Shown here: piece after piece, positions 27,275 to 37,600 of the stretch
Position numbering within the stretch: the stretch's first letter is position 1
Layout: each line of letters opens with the position of its first letter
Source of the DNA: Myxococcales bacterium
GTDB lineage: Bacteria > Myxococcota_A > Polyangia > Polyangiales > DASUME01
Reading direction: 5' to 3'
NCBI GenBank assembly: GCA_047601445.1
Contig: JASGJH010000001.1
Coordinates: 4,800,001-4,864,000 of the forward strand
Length of the DNA stretch: 64,000 nucleotides
Notes under the pieces: model-generated
What the model saw: only the letters and a program-made list of their open reading frames with translations
Database searches by the model: none
Told to the model about the DNA's origin: nothing
Program-made: the position numbers and the translations under genes

Positions 27275-28927
27275 GTGGTCGGCCGGACCTTGAGGTCGAG
27301 CCTACCGGCGCGCTTGGCCGCTGCACTCGTCGGTTGCGTGGCAGGTTCCGCCTGCGGCATCGGCGACGAGATCATCCTGGCCCGTTTTCGCGAGAGCCCC
27401 TCCGACGACCCCGGCCTCGACGCGGGCAGCGATGCGGCCATCGGCCCCGACTCCGGCGATGGGGCGGTCCACCCACCGGATGGTGGCGATGGCGGCGCAG
27501 GCAATCCCGAGTGCCTGGTGCCCATGGAGCGCGAGCCGGTCGCTTGCACCACGCTGCCACCTCCGGGCACCGCCCTCCCCCACGTGAAGTGGCGCTTTCC
27601 TCCCGCTTCGCTCGAGCTCAAGCAGGCATCCCCACCTGGCACCCCCCTGGTCGCGAACCTGACGGACGACAATGGTGACGGTCTCGTCAACCTGTGTGAC
27701 GTGCCGGACGTGCTGCTGGTGGCGGGCGAGGGCACGCGTGGTGCGGCGCTCTGGTTGTTGGCGGGCGACACGGGGCGCATCGAGCGCTTGATTGAACAGC
27801 CCTTGCTCGAAGGCGTCGCGCCGGCCATCGCCGACCTCGAAGGCGACGGAGTGCCGGAGATCATCGCCATCGACGACCAGAAGCGCCTGATCGCGCTCAA
27901 GCCAGACGGAACGCGCCTCTGGCAGGGCGCCGAAGTCGCCATGCCCGCGGGCGTGCAAGCGGACTGCTACGCAGTCTCCGTCTACGACGTCGAGGGCGAC
28001 GGCAACCCCGAGATCTTGGCGGGCTTCGACGCGTTCGACGCCATGGGCAACCGTCGCTTCGGTGCCCCCACCAATCGTCTCGGGTTGTTGTTCCCTGCAG
28101 TACTCGACGGCTGCGTGGCGCCGGTCGCGGCCGATCTCACGGGCGATGGTCAGCTCGAGATGCTGTTTGGACACGTCACGCTCTCGCCGGACGGAAAGCA
28201 GCTCTGGCAGCACCGGCTCGGCGACACCGCAAGTATCCCGGTGGTGGCGAACCTCGACGCAGATCCGCAGCTCGAAGTGGTGCTGACCGCGCCCACCATG
28301 CTCTACGTACTCGAAGCCGATGGCAGTGAGCGCGCCACGCTGGCCCGCAGCTGCGGCGGCAACGTGCCGAGTGTTCATGACTTCAATGGCGATGGCATCG
28401 ACGAGCTGGCCGTGCCCGAGTGCGAGAACACCAAGCGCGCCACCATCTACCAGCTACAGGACAACAACCTGGTCGCACGCTGGGGCGCCGAGAACCTGCT
28501 CGGACCGGTGGGCAGCAGCAGCGTGGCGGGCTTCGACTTCGATGGTCGCGGTAGCGCCGACCTGGTGTACGCGGACGAGCAGGCCTCGGCCGTCTACGCG
28601 GGCGCCGACGGCCGCATGCTCTTCGAGGGCTTGCGCGTGGGGAAGCCCGTGGTGGGCACGCCCGTGATCGCCGACGTGGACAACGACGGCAGCGCCGAGC
28701 TCCTCTTGCCTGCCTTCGAGGCCGGGGATTCCGCCGTCCTCACGGTGATCAGCGGAGCGCCCGGAGCCTGGATGGGCGCGCGGCGCATCTGGAACCAACA
28801 CGCCTACCACGTGACGAACGTGCACGAAGACGGGCGCATCCCGCACGGTGCGGCCGATGCCCCCAAGGTGCCGCTCCGCATGCGCAGCAACGCCCACCGC
28901 GAAGGCAATCACATCTGCGTGCCGTGA
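27275..28927 (+). CDS. FG-GAP/VCBS repeat (beta-propeller) lipoprotein
   Basis: Repeated ADLxGDGxPEI / DFNGDGxDEL / DVDNDGSAEL motifs; RRIWNQHAYHVTNV; Cys-containing signal. Confidence 0.8.
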   Translation: MVGRTLRSSLPARLAAALVGCVAGSACGIGDEIILARFRESPSDDPGLDAGSDAAIGPDSGDGAVHPPDGGDGGAGNPECLVPMEREPVACTTLPPPGTALPHVKWRFPPASLELKQASPPGTPLVANLTDDNGDGLVNLCDVPDVLLVAGEGTRGAALWLLAGDTGRIERLIEQPLLEGVAPAIADLEGDGVPEIIAIDDQKRLIALKPDGTRLWQGAEVAMPAGVQADCYAVSVYDVEGDGNPEILAGFDAFDAMGNRRFGAPTNRLGLLFPAVLDGCVAPVAADLTGDGQLEMLFGHVTLSPDGKQLWQHRLGDTASIPVVANLDADPQLEVVLTAPTMLYVLEADGSERATLARSCGGNVPSVHDFNGDGIDELAVPECENTKRATIYQLQDNNLVARWGAENLLGPVGSSSVAGFDFDGRGSADLVYADEQASAVYAGADGRMLFEGLRVGKPVVGTPVIADVDNDGSAELLLPAFEAGDSAVLTVISGAPGAWMGARRIWNQHAYHVTNVHEDGRIPHGAADAPKVPLRMRSNAHREGNHICVP

Positions 28928-28931
28928 GGCG

Positions 28932-30068
28932 CTAGCGGAAGTGCACGCCGAGTTCGAGCCCGAAGCTGCCCACCACGGGGGCGACCCGATGCAGCAGCAC
29001 GCGCGTCTCTCGCGTGCCCACCGCGGTGAAGCGGTCGCGCACGAAGGGCACACCGAGGCCCGCTGCAGCCCTTGCAAAGAAGTGCTCGGAAAAGTCGTAG
29101 GCGGCGCGCACGTGCGCAGTCGCCCCCGAGAGCGGCGCCGTGCGCGCCATGTTTTTCGAGAAGTCATGGGCGCGCGCCCGCAGCACGCCGTTCCAAAAGC
29201 CCACGCAACCATCCAGCAACACCGGCGCACGCAGCAGCGGCGCACAGCCGCGCAGCTCGGCCAGGCCGGCGCGGAAGTCGGCATACCCCTGGTCCGTCGG
29301 GACGCGACCGAAGGGCACGAAGGTCCCGCTCAACTCGACACCGAATAACGAGGGCGTGCGAAAGCCGAGGGTGACACCCAGATCCCAAGCCGTGGCGGGC
29401 ATCAGTCCCTGGGTGAATCCGCTCCCCACCGCGAGCAAGAGTCCGAAGGTGGCCCCCGTGCCCTTCACGCGCACGATCTTCACGCCGCTGGCGAACTTCG
29501 GATGGCTCTCGGCCACCGTTGGAGGCGCTTGGGTCACTTCCACGGGCGCGGGGGCGACAACTGCTTTGGGCTCGGGTTCGATCGGGGCTGAGTTGGCTGG
29601 TCCACTTTCCGTGGTGCTCTGGGCTGGCTCCGATGGCGTTGCCTGAGCAGCCAGGAGCGTGAGCTGGGTATCGATGGCCAATGAGAGCACCAATACCAAT
29701 GCCTCATCGAGGGCACCACACGCGCTGCCGGGCGCTTCCACCTCGCGCCGTCCCAGTAGCTTCCCTTGCCGATCGCGCAGCTCCACTTCGGCGCGAAAAC
29801 GCGGCGGATTGTCCGCCTTGGACACCGTGCCCTGCACCACCAAGTCACCGTTCGCGTCGAAGGCCGCGTAGCCGAGATGGTCCGAGAGAGCTTTCTCGAG
29901 GCGCTCCGGAGAGATGCACTCCTCGGCACCGGGTCCGCGCCGCCACACCAAGGAGGCTCGCGCTTGCTGGCTCGGCATGGCCTCCTGCGCCCGGACGCGC
30001 GCAGCCGTGCTGCACACCAGGGCGAGCAACAAGCAGGCTCTCCAAGCAAAGCTGGTAAGAAACCGCAC
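28932..30068 (-). CDS. Putative outer-membrane protein: N-terminal two-Cys domain, Pro-rich linker, C-terminal beta-barrel-like region
   Basis: Signal peptide (ARVRA-Q); amphipathic beta-strand pattern ending LELGVHFR. Confidence 0.6.
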   Translation of the reverse strand: MRFLTSFAWRACLLLALVCSTAARVRAQEAMPSQQARASLVWRRGPGAEECISPERLEKALSDHLGYAAFDANGDLVVQGTVSKADNPPRFRAEVELRDRQGKLLGRREVEAPGSACGALDEALVLVLSLAIDTQLTLLAAQATPSEPAQSTTESGPANSAPIEPEPKAVVAPAPVEVTQAPPTVAESHPKFASGVKIVRVKGTGATFGLLLAVGSGFTQGLMPATAWDLGVTLGFRTPSLFGVELSGTFVPFGRVPTDQGYADFRAGLAELRGCAPLLRAPVLLDGCVGFWNGVLRARAHDFSKNMARTAPLSGATAHVRAAYDFSEHFFARAAAGLGVPFVRDRFTAVGTRETRVLLHRVAPVVGSFGLELGVHFR

Positions 30069-30204
30069 GAGCCGCTGCAGGTTATCCCACGTTGGGTCAC
30101 CTGCACCAGCGCGACGAGAACTCTACGCCGCGGGCGCAAAGAAGATGTGAGCGAAGGCCCGCGAGGCCCTCGACTTTCGCATCCCACGCAGGCTAGATGG
30201 GGAA

Positions 30205-30885
30205 GTGAACCTCAAGCTCTCACCCAGCGGGCTGATGTCGGGCCTGGCCAGCGTGCTCGTCAGCGCGCTCTGCTTCGCAGAGGCGCCCGCGGGAGAGTGG
30301 AACGTGATCGAGCAGGAGCGCGGCATCACGGTGAGTCGTCGTGAGCAGCCTGGCTGCGGACTGCCGGCATTTCGCGGCAAGGGCCCCGTGCGCGGCGGCG
30401 TACTGCAGATCCTGGCGTTGATGTTGGACTCGAACAGCGTCGAGCAGTGGGCAGACGGCGTGGATGAGTCGCGCTTGCTCAAGCGCATCGACGAGAATCA
30501 AGAGCTCATCTACCTCTACTCGGACGTGCCGTGGCCGGTGCGCGACCGCGACATGGTCGTGCGACGCACCGTCGAAGTCGTCAAGCCCGGCGAAGAGTTT
30601 CACATCCACCTGCGTTGCGAACCGCAGGCCACGCCAGAGGTCAGCGGCGTCGTGCGCGTGAAGAAGTGCAAGAGCGGCTTTCACCTGCGCAGGCTCGATC
30701 AGAGCAACACCGAGATCGACTACGACATGTCGCTCGACCCGGCCGGCCTATTGCCAAAGTGGGCCGGCAGTTACGTCGCCAAGAACGTCCCCTTCAAGAC
30801 CCTGGTGGCTCTCGAAGAGCGCGCCGCCGAGACGCGCGGCAAGTACGAGGCCGTGGTGCAGCGCTGGTCCGCAGCGTCCTTCTGA
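30205..30885 (+). CDS. Secreted START-domain lipid-binding protein
   Basis: W...ERGITVSRR, FRGKG, YSDVPWPVRDRDMV, DPAGLLPKW; signal-like N-terminus. Confidence 0.8.
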   Translation: MNLKLSPSGLMSGLASVLVSALCFAEAPAGEWNVIEQERGITVSRREQPGCGLPAFRGKGPVRGGVLQILALMLDSNSVEQWADGVDESRLLKRIDENQELIYLYSDVPWPVRDRDMVVRRTVEVVKPGEEFHIHLRCEPQATPEVSGVVRVKKCKSGFHLRRLDQSNTEIDYDMSLDPAGLLPKWAGSYVAKNVPFKTLVALEERAAETRGKYEAVVQRWSAASF

Positions 30886-30945
30886 CTCACGCTGAGCAGC
30901 GCGTTGCTATGCTGGCAACGTGAACCCCGAGCGCGAGGGAACGCC

Positions 30946-31155
30946 ATGAGGATCGATCAGGAAGCGGCCACGGCCCACGTGCGGCTCTTGGAGAAGTACC
31001 GTCCCTGTCCGGACTGCGGCAGCGAGCGGGTCACCGTCCGCCAAGACGCCGCCTTGCTACGTCCCAAGGCCGGCACGAGCCAGGGCGCCTCGGGCAATGT
31101 CTTGCGCGTGGAGTGCTCGGACTGCCACTTTGCGCGGGAATTTCCGGAGCCATAA
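30946..31155 (+). CDS. Small zinc-ribbon protein
   Basis: CPDCGS...ECSDCHF; GAGGGA RBS. Confidence 0.55.
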   Translation: MRIDQEAATAHVRLLEKYRPCPDCGSERVTVRQDAALLRPKAGTSQGASGNVLRVECSDCHFAREFPEP

Positions 31156-31243
31156 CAACGAGGAGGTCAGGCGACTTCCCCGCTGATTCGAGGGTTCTAC
31201 CTTTGGGCCCGTATCCGGACGTCCAGTAAGTCGGCATCTCCGG

Positions 31244-32107
31244 ATGGGGCTGCTACGTTCGACCCCGATGGCGGAGATGGAAGGCAGCCAGGCTCAGGGG
31301 GGCATGCTCACGGAGCTCTGGCAGAAGTACGGTCTGATCGTGGTCGGGAACGTGGTGTTCTTCGCCCTCCTCTATTTCATCCAGTACCGCCCCAATAGCC
31401 GCGACAACCGCGCCACCGAACTCCTCACCCTGGCCCAACGCGAAGAAAACGAGGGCCGCCTGGAGGCCGCCGAGACGCTCTATGGGCGCATCGTGGGGGA
31501 GTACGGCGACACCAGCGCCATCAATGTGGCCAACGAGCGTCTGCCCAAGGTGCGCGCGCTGGCCAAGAAGAGGCGCGAGACCCAGCCTCCCCTGCCGGCG
31601 GCCTGCACGCCCCAGGTGGACATCCGTGAGCTCCTCGAGCTGAAGCCGAGCCTGTACCTGGCCGAGTTGGTGGCGGGTCACTATCCCACGGTCTCGCCCG
31701 CGGAACGGGAGCGCTATTTTGGAGTGCTCGACGACTACGTCTGGCTGGCCCTCAACCGCGACAACGTGCCGCTCGACAAGCTCAAGAAGAGCCCTACTTT
31801 CGTGGATGGCGAGCTGCAACGCCGCTACTTCGGCCTGAAAGCCGCTGCCCGCTTTACCCCAGATTGGATGTACGAAGATTTCAAGGTGAAAAACCAGAGC
31901 TTCTTCACCCTGCACAACGCAGTCGTGCAACTGACGGTCAGCCAGGGCGACCATAGCGAGACCGACAGCCTACGCGCGGCGGAGCTCAAGCCCGATAGCG
32001 AGGTCGACGTGCTCGAGTTCAACGTCGATGACAAGGGCGGGGCAATCCTGATCAAAGGCACCATCCAGGCAGACGAAGGCAAGCTGGAGTGGCAGCAACG
32101 GCTATGA
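31244..32107 (+). CDS. Membrane-anchored hypothetical protein with TPR-like segment (start may be a downstream ATG)
   Basis: One TM (YGLIVVGNVVFFALLYFI), then helical A..LY..IVGEYGDT pattern. Confidence 0.6.
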   Translation: MGLLRSTPMAEMEGSQAQGGMLTELWQKYGLIVVGNVVFFALLYFIQYRPNSRDNRATELLTLAQREENEGRLEAAETLYGRIVGEYGDTSAINVANERLPKVRALAKKRRETQPPLPAACTPQVDIRELLELKPSLYLAELVAGHYPTVSPAERERYFGVLDDYVWLALNRDNVPLDKLKKSPTFVDGELQRRYFGLKAAARFTPDWMYEDFKVKNQSFFTLHNAVVQLTVSQGDHSETDSLRAAELKPDSEVDVLEFNVDDKGGAILIKGTIQADEGKLEWQQRL

Positions 32108-32143
32108 TGTTGTGAGTCCATCGCGGCTGACGTTTCGACGGAG

Positions 32144-33256
32144 GTGTGCGTGCGCGTGCAGAGGAGCTGGGTGTCCCTTGGGCTGTGCCTGCTCCTTTGG
32201 GGATGTCAGGACGAGGAACCACCGAAGCCGCCCCGCAAGCTGACGCAGGGCGCCGTGACCCTCAGCGGTGCCAGCCTGGACTACGTGCGCGTGGAACCGG
32301 TGGCCAAGCCCAGCGCCACCGTACAGCGCCCGCTGCTGTCGCGCGTGAGCTTCGACGAGCAGCGCGTGGCGGTACTGGGCGCCCCGGTCAGCGGTCGCGT
32401 CGCAGCGGTGCACGTAGTCACCGGGAGTGTGGTCAAGCCAGGCGATGCGCTGTTGACCATTCACTCGGGCGACGTGGCCGCCGTGCGTTCGCAACTCGCG
32501 CAGGCCAAAGAGGCCCGGGCCCTGGCCGAGCAGCGCGCGGCACGCGCCAGCCTCTTGGTCACCCAGGGCGCCGGCAGTGAGGCGGAGAGCCAGGAGGCCA
32601 ACACCGCGCTCGCCTCGGCACGCACCGAAGAGCAACGCGCAAACGCGGCGCTGGGAGCTCTGGGTGGCGCCACCAGCTCGGCCACGGACTACGTGTTGAA
32701 GTCGCCCATCGCGGGCACGGTGGTGGAGCGCAACGTCGAGGTGGGCAATGCCGTGGGCGCCGATCAGGGACAACCGCTCATCACGGTGGCCGACCTGGCC
32801 AACGTGTGGATCGTGGCAGACCTCTACGAGCAGGATTTGCCCTACGTACGCACCGGACAGCCGGCCCACGTGACCATCCCTGCGCTCGGTGGCCGCAAGT
32901 ACGAAGGCAAGGTCTCCTACGTGGGCAACGTCGTGGACGCCAACACGCGCACGACGCGGGCGCGCGTGGAGCTCAAGAACGGGGACGGGGCGCTGCGTCC
33001 CGGGATGTTCGCGGACATGGTGGTGGAGGCTCCCGAATCCGCCAGCGGCGTGGTGCCCACGAGCGCGCTGCTGGCGCGTCGCGACGAGACATTCGTATTC
33101 GTGGAGACCAAGCCCGGACATTTCGAGCAACGCAAGGTGCGCGCGGGCGCCCAGACCGGCGATTACGTGGTGCTGCTCTCGGGGGTGCAACCCGGGGAAC
33201 GCGTGGTCACGCGCGGGGCCATCTTGCTCGACGCCGAAGCCAACGCTGCGTTCTAG
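32144..33256 (+). CDS. RND efflux periplasmic adaptor (CzcB/CusB-like)
   Basis: Lipobox LWGC; APVSGRV, LKSPIAGTVVERNV, TVADLANVWI, TRTTRARV, LRPGMFA. Confidence 0.88.
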   Translation: MCVRVQRSWVSLGLCLLLWGCQDEEPPKPPRKLTQGAVTLSGASLDYVRVEPVAKPSATVQRPLLSRVSFDEQRVAVLGAPVSGRVAAVHVVTGSVVKPGDALLTIHSGDVAAVRSQLAQAKEARALAEQRAARASLLVTQGAGSEAESQEANTALASARTEEQRANAALGALGGATSSATDYVLKSPIAGTVVERNVEVGNAVGADQGQPLITVADLANVWIVADLYEQDLPYVRTGQPAHVTIPALGGRKYEGKVSYVGNVVDANTRTTRARVELKNGDGALRPGMFADMVVEAPESASGVVPTSALLARRDETFVFVETKPGHFEQRKVRAGAQTGDYVVLLSGVQPGERVVTRGAILLDAEANAAF

Positions 33257-33263
33257 GAGAAAC

Positions 33264-34586
33264 ATGGTGGGACGTCGTGCTTCGATGTTCGGCTGCTCTA
33301 TCTCGCGCTGCGCGTTGGCGTTGACGATGGCGTGGGGCGGATTCGCGCGCGCAGGGGCTCAACCGCTGGTGCCACCGATGCCGCCCGCGAACACCGAGGT
33401 CGGCGACACTCCGCGCTTTTCCCTCGGCGACGCGCTGCGCTTGATGCGCGTGAGCCACCCGGCCATCCGTTCGCGGGAGAATGAGATCGCGGCGCGCCGC
33501 GGCGACGCCAAGGACGCCGGCCTGTGGACCAACCCGGTCACGCACGGCACCTATCTCAAGGGCATCGTGCACTCCTCCTACGACCCGCTCGGCTACCTCT
33601 ACTACGACGTGACGCAGTTCGTGGAGCTGTCCAACGTACCCGGCGAGCGGCGTCGCCAGAGTAACCTCTTGGTCGCGGCCTCGCGCGCCGATCGCGAAGG
33701 CGTGGTCGCCCAGCTGAGCCTCGACGTGGAGTCCGCGCTCATCGACCTGGTGGCGGCGCATCGCACGCAGGAGCTGCTCACTGGCGTGCTCACGCTGCTC
33801 GATTCAGCCGGCCGTATCGTCAACGAGCGCGTGGCGGCGGGCGCGGCACCTCGCTACGACGCCACCCGCATCGCGGTCACCCTCGCCATCGCTCACGCCG
33901 ACCAGGCCGAGAGCGGGGCAGCGCTGACCCGCGCCTGGGCCGAATTCCGAGCTGCGGTGGGCCCGCGCGCCCGGGAGCTGCAGGGCGATCCAGACTACGA
34001 CCTGAACGTGGAAGTCGCTCTGCCGGACGTGCCGTCTCTCCTCCAGCACATGCAGGCGCGGCGCCCCGATGTGGCCGCCGCACGCGCGCGCGAGGCCGCC
34101 GCCAAGACTGGCATCGGCGTGGCTCAGCGCTCGGTGTTCCCCGGACTCGAGGTGGGTCTCGCGGGCGGCTACGGTGCGGCCTCGAAGCAGGTGGACTTCG
34201 GCGCTCTCGTCTCACTGCCCTTGCCCGTCGTCAATGTCGGACAAGGCGCGATTCCGGCCGCCAAGGCGCGCGCTCGGGAGGCTGCGGCGGACGTCGACGC
34301 CATCGTGGTGCCAGCCAGCGAGCGAATCGATGGCATCCAGCACGAGGTGCTGCGACGCCGGCAAGCGCTCAAGGAGTACCAGGCACGCGGTGTGGCGTCG
34401 AACGAGGAGATGCTCAACGAAGCCCAGGCTGGCTACGTGGCGGGCCGCTTCAGCATCCTCGAACTCGCCGATGCCTACCGCGCATTTCGCGACGCGCGCT
34501 TGCGCGAAATCGCCCTCGGTCAATCTGCGCGCCAGTCCGAGATCGATCTGGGCAGGGAGCTCGGTCGCCCGTTGCGCGAGTTCTAG
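33264..34586 (+). CDS. TolC-family outer membrane efflux protein (CzcC-like)
   Basis: AGGAGA RBS; LWTNP, RRPDVAAARA, SLPLPV, GYVAGRFSILEL. Confidence 0.82.
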   Translation: MVGRRASMFGCSISRCALALTMAWGGFARAGAQPLVPPMPPANTEVGDTPRFSLGDALRLMRVSHPAIRSRENEIAARRGDAKDAGLWTNPVTHGTYLKGIVHSSYDPLGYLYYDVTQFVELSNVPGERRRQSNLLVAASRADREGVVAQLSLDVESALIDLVAAHRTQELLTGVLTLLDSAGRIVNERVAAGAAPRYDATRIAVTLAIAHADQAESGAALTRAWAEFRAAVGPRARELQGDPDYDLNVEVALPDVPSLLQHMQARRPDVAAARAREAAAKTGIGVAQRSVFPGLEVGLAGGYGAASKQVDFGALVSLPLPVVNVGQGAIPAAKARAREAAADVDAIVVPASERIDGIQHEVLRRRQALKEYQARGVASNEEMLNEAQAGYVAGRFSILELADAYRAFRDARLREIALGQSARQSEIDLGRELGRPLREF

Positions 34587-34650
34587 CCAGCCCTTGAGAC
34601 GCCCACGCGTGGTGTCCCTGAGCCCCGCTTGATCGCTCGCCAACCCCCGC

Positions 34651-37600
34651 TCACCACGACGACCCCTCGCGCAGAGCCGCCGCGTCGGGACCGTCGTCGT
34701 GCGGCGGCACCACGCCGGGTGCCTTGGGCGCGAATACCTTGTAGAGGAGCGGCAAGCTGAACAGCGAGAGCGCGAGCGAAGAGATCAGCCCGCCCACCAC
34801 CACGATGGCGATCGGCTTCTGTGAGTCCGAGCCGATGCCGTGGCTGAGCGCGGCCGGCAAGAGACCCAGCGTGGCCACCAACGCGGTCATCATCATGGGC
34901 CGCAGCCGCAGGTCCACGCCCTGCTCGATGGCCTGGTCTACGCTCATGCCCTCGGCGCGCAGCTCGTTGATGTACGAGATCAAGATCACGCCGGTCTGCA
35001 CCGAGACGCCGAACAGCGCCAAGAAGCCCACGCCAGCCGAGACCGAGAAGTTGGTACCGGTGAGCAATAGCGCAGCCAATCCCCCCACCGGAGACGTCAC
35101 GAGCACGTTGCCTAGGATCAGCGCGGCCTCGTGGGCACGCCGAAACATCACGAACAACAGCATGAAGATCAACACGACGGTCAGGGGAATCACGATGGAC
35201 AGACGCCTGCCCGCGCGCTGCGCGCTCTCGAACTCACCGCCCCACACGATCTCGTAGCCCGGCGGCTCGGTGACCGCGCGGGCCACCTTCTTCTGCGCGT
35301 CGGCCACCGTGGAGCCCAGGTCTCGCCCGCGTACGCTGAACTTGATGGCCACGTAGCGCCGGCCGTTCTCGCGGTAGATGCGCGACGCACCGCCGCGGAT
35401 CTTGAGCTTGGCCACCTCGGCCAGGGGCACCACGTTGCCGTCGCCTGTAGGCACGGGCAAGCGCGCGATGGTGCCCGTCCGATCGCGGCTGTCCTCGCGG
35501 AAGCGCACCACCAGATCGTGCAGTCGCTCGCCCTCGACGATCTGCGACACCACGCGACCTCCGACGCCGGCCTCCACGATCTCCTCCACGTCTTCCACCG
35601 ACAGCCCGAGTCGCTCGGCGCGCTTGCGGTCGACCTCCACGTGCAGGTTGCTCTTGCCGAGCTCGCGGAAGATGCCTAGGTCCTTCACGCCGCGCACGGT
35701 GGCGATCTCGTGGGCCACGCGACTCGCGAGGTCGTCGAGCGCGTTCAGGTCGTCTCCGACGATCTTGATCGCGAGCTGGCCTTTGACGCCAGTGAGGGCC
35801 TCTTCCACGTTGTCCGAGATGGGCTGCGAGAAGCCGAAGGACACACCGGGGACCACGGCGAGGGACTTGCTCATGGCTTCCTCGAGCTTCTCGCGGTCGC
35901 CATGAAACTGCGGGCGCCATGTCTTGCGATCGTTGATCTGCAGCAGAAATTCGGCGTTGTAGAAGCCGGTGGGATCGGTGCCGTCGTCGGGCCGTCCGAG
36001 CTGCACGGCCATGGTGCCCACTTCGGGGAAGCCACGCAGGATCTCACGGATGCCTCGGACTCGCTTGCCGTCCTCCTCGTAGCCGTCCACCATGCGCTCG
36101 GCTTCACCGAGCGAGATGTTGCCTGGCATGGAGGCGCGCACCCAGAAGGCTCCCTCGTTGAGGTGCGGCAAGAACTCCGAGCCGATGGCATGGTAGAGCA
36201 GCACGTTGGTCACCAGCAGCACGACCGCCGCCACCAGCACCACGCGCGGACGCTTGAGCAGGCGTTCCACGAGCGGTAGATAGATCTTGCGAACCCAGTG
36301 CAAGAGCGGGTTCTCCCACTCCTTGAGGTTCTTCTTGAGCAGATAGGTGGACAGCACGGGCACCAACGTGACCGCCAGGATCAACGCGCCCAGCAGCGCG
36401 AAGCCCACCGTGAATGCCATCGGCCGAAAGAGCCGCCCTTCCACGCGCTGCAGCGTGAAAATGGGCATATACGAGGCCACGATGATCGCGATGGCAAACA
36501 CGATGGGTCGCGCCACCTGGTGCGCGGCGCTGCGCACGAGCTGCACCAGATCGAAACGCTCGCCGCTGTGATGCTTCTCGGCCACCAGGCGGAAGATGTT
36601 CTCCACCATCACGATGGAACCATCCACGATCATGCCGAAGTCCACGGCGCCGATGCTCAGCAGGTTGGCCGGGATCTTCAGGACCTCCATGCCCACGAAC
36701 GCGCTCAGTAGCGAGAGCGGGATGGTAATGGCCACGATCAGGGCCGCGCGCGGACTGCCGAGAAAAACGAACAGGATCAGCGTCACGAGCAAGATGCCCG
36801 CCGTCAAGTTCTCCAGCACCGTGTGCGTGGTGAGCTCCATGAGGTGCGAGCGGTCGTAGTAGGGATGGACCTTCACGCCGCGCGGCAAGATGCGGTTGTT
36901 GAGGTCCGCCACGCGCTCGTGCACACGTTCCAGCACAGCCTGCGCGTCGTCTCCACGGCGCAAGAGCACCACCGCTGCGACCACGTCTTTGTCGTCGTTC
37001 ACCGAGACGCGCCCGAGACGCGGCCGATAGCCGGTCTCGACCGTGGCCACGTCGCGCACACGCACCGGCACGCCCTCGCGGGTGGCGATGGCGACGTCCG
37101 CGATTTGGTCGGGCGTCAACAGGCCGATGGCGCGCACGTTGAGTGCCTCGGGACCGAGATCGATGATGCCACCGCCGCCGTTCTTGTTGGCAGACTGCAG
37201 CGCGCCTTCCACGTCTTCCAACGCCAGGGCGCGCGCCGTGAGCAGCATGGGATGCACCCGCACCTGGTGCTGCTTGGTGGTGCCCCCGAAGCTCGCCACA
37301 GCGGCCACGCCGTCGGCGCGCAGGAGCTCGCGCTCCACCGTCCACTCCTCGTAGTCTTTCAGTTCGGACAGCGAGCGGGCCTCGGCCTTCTTGTCCTCTT
37401 CGCTGCACTCGGGCTCGGGCCGGGTCGCGCAGCTGATCAGCTGATAGCGCATGATCTCGGCGATGGGACTCGCGAGCGGCCCGAGCGTGGGCTCCGCGCC
37501 CTCGGGCAAGTTGAGCAGGGACATGCGCTCGAGGGCCTGTTGGCGCGCGAAGTAGTCCTGCGTGCCCTCGGCGAAGGTCACCGTCACCACCGACAAGCCT

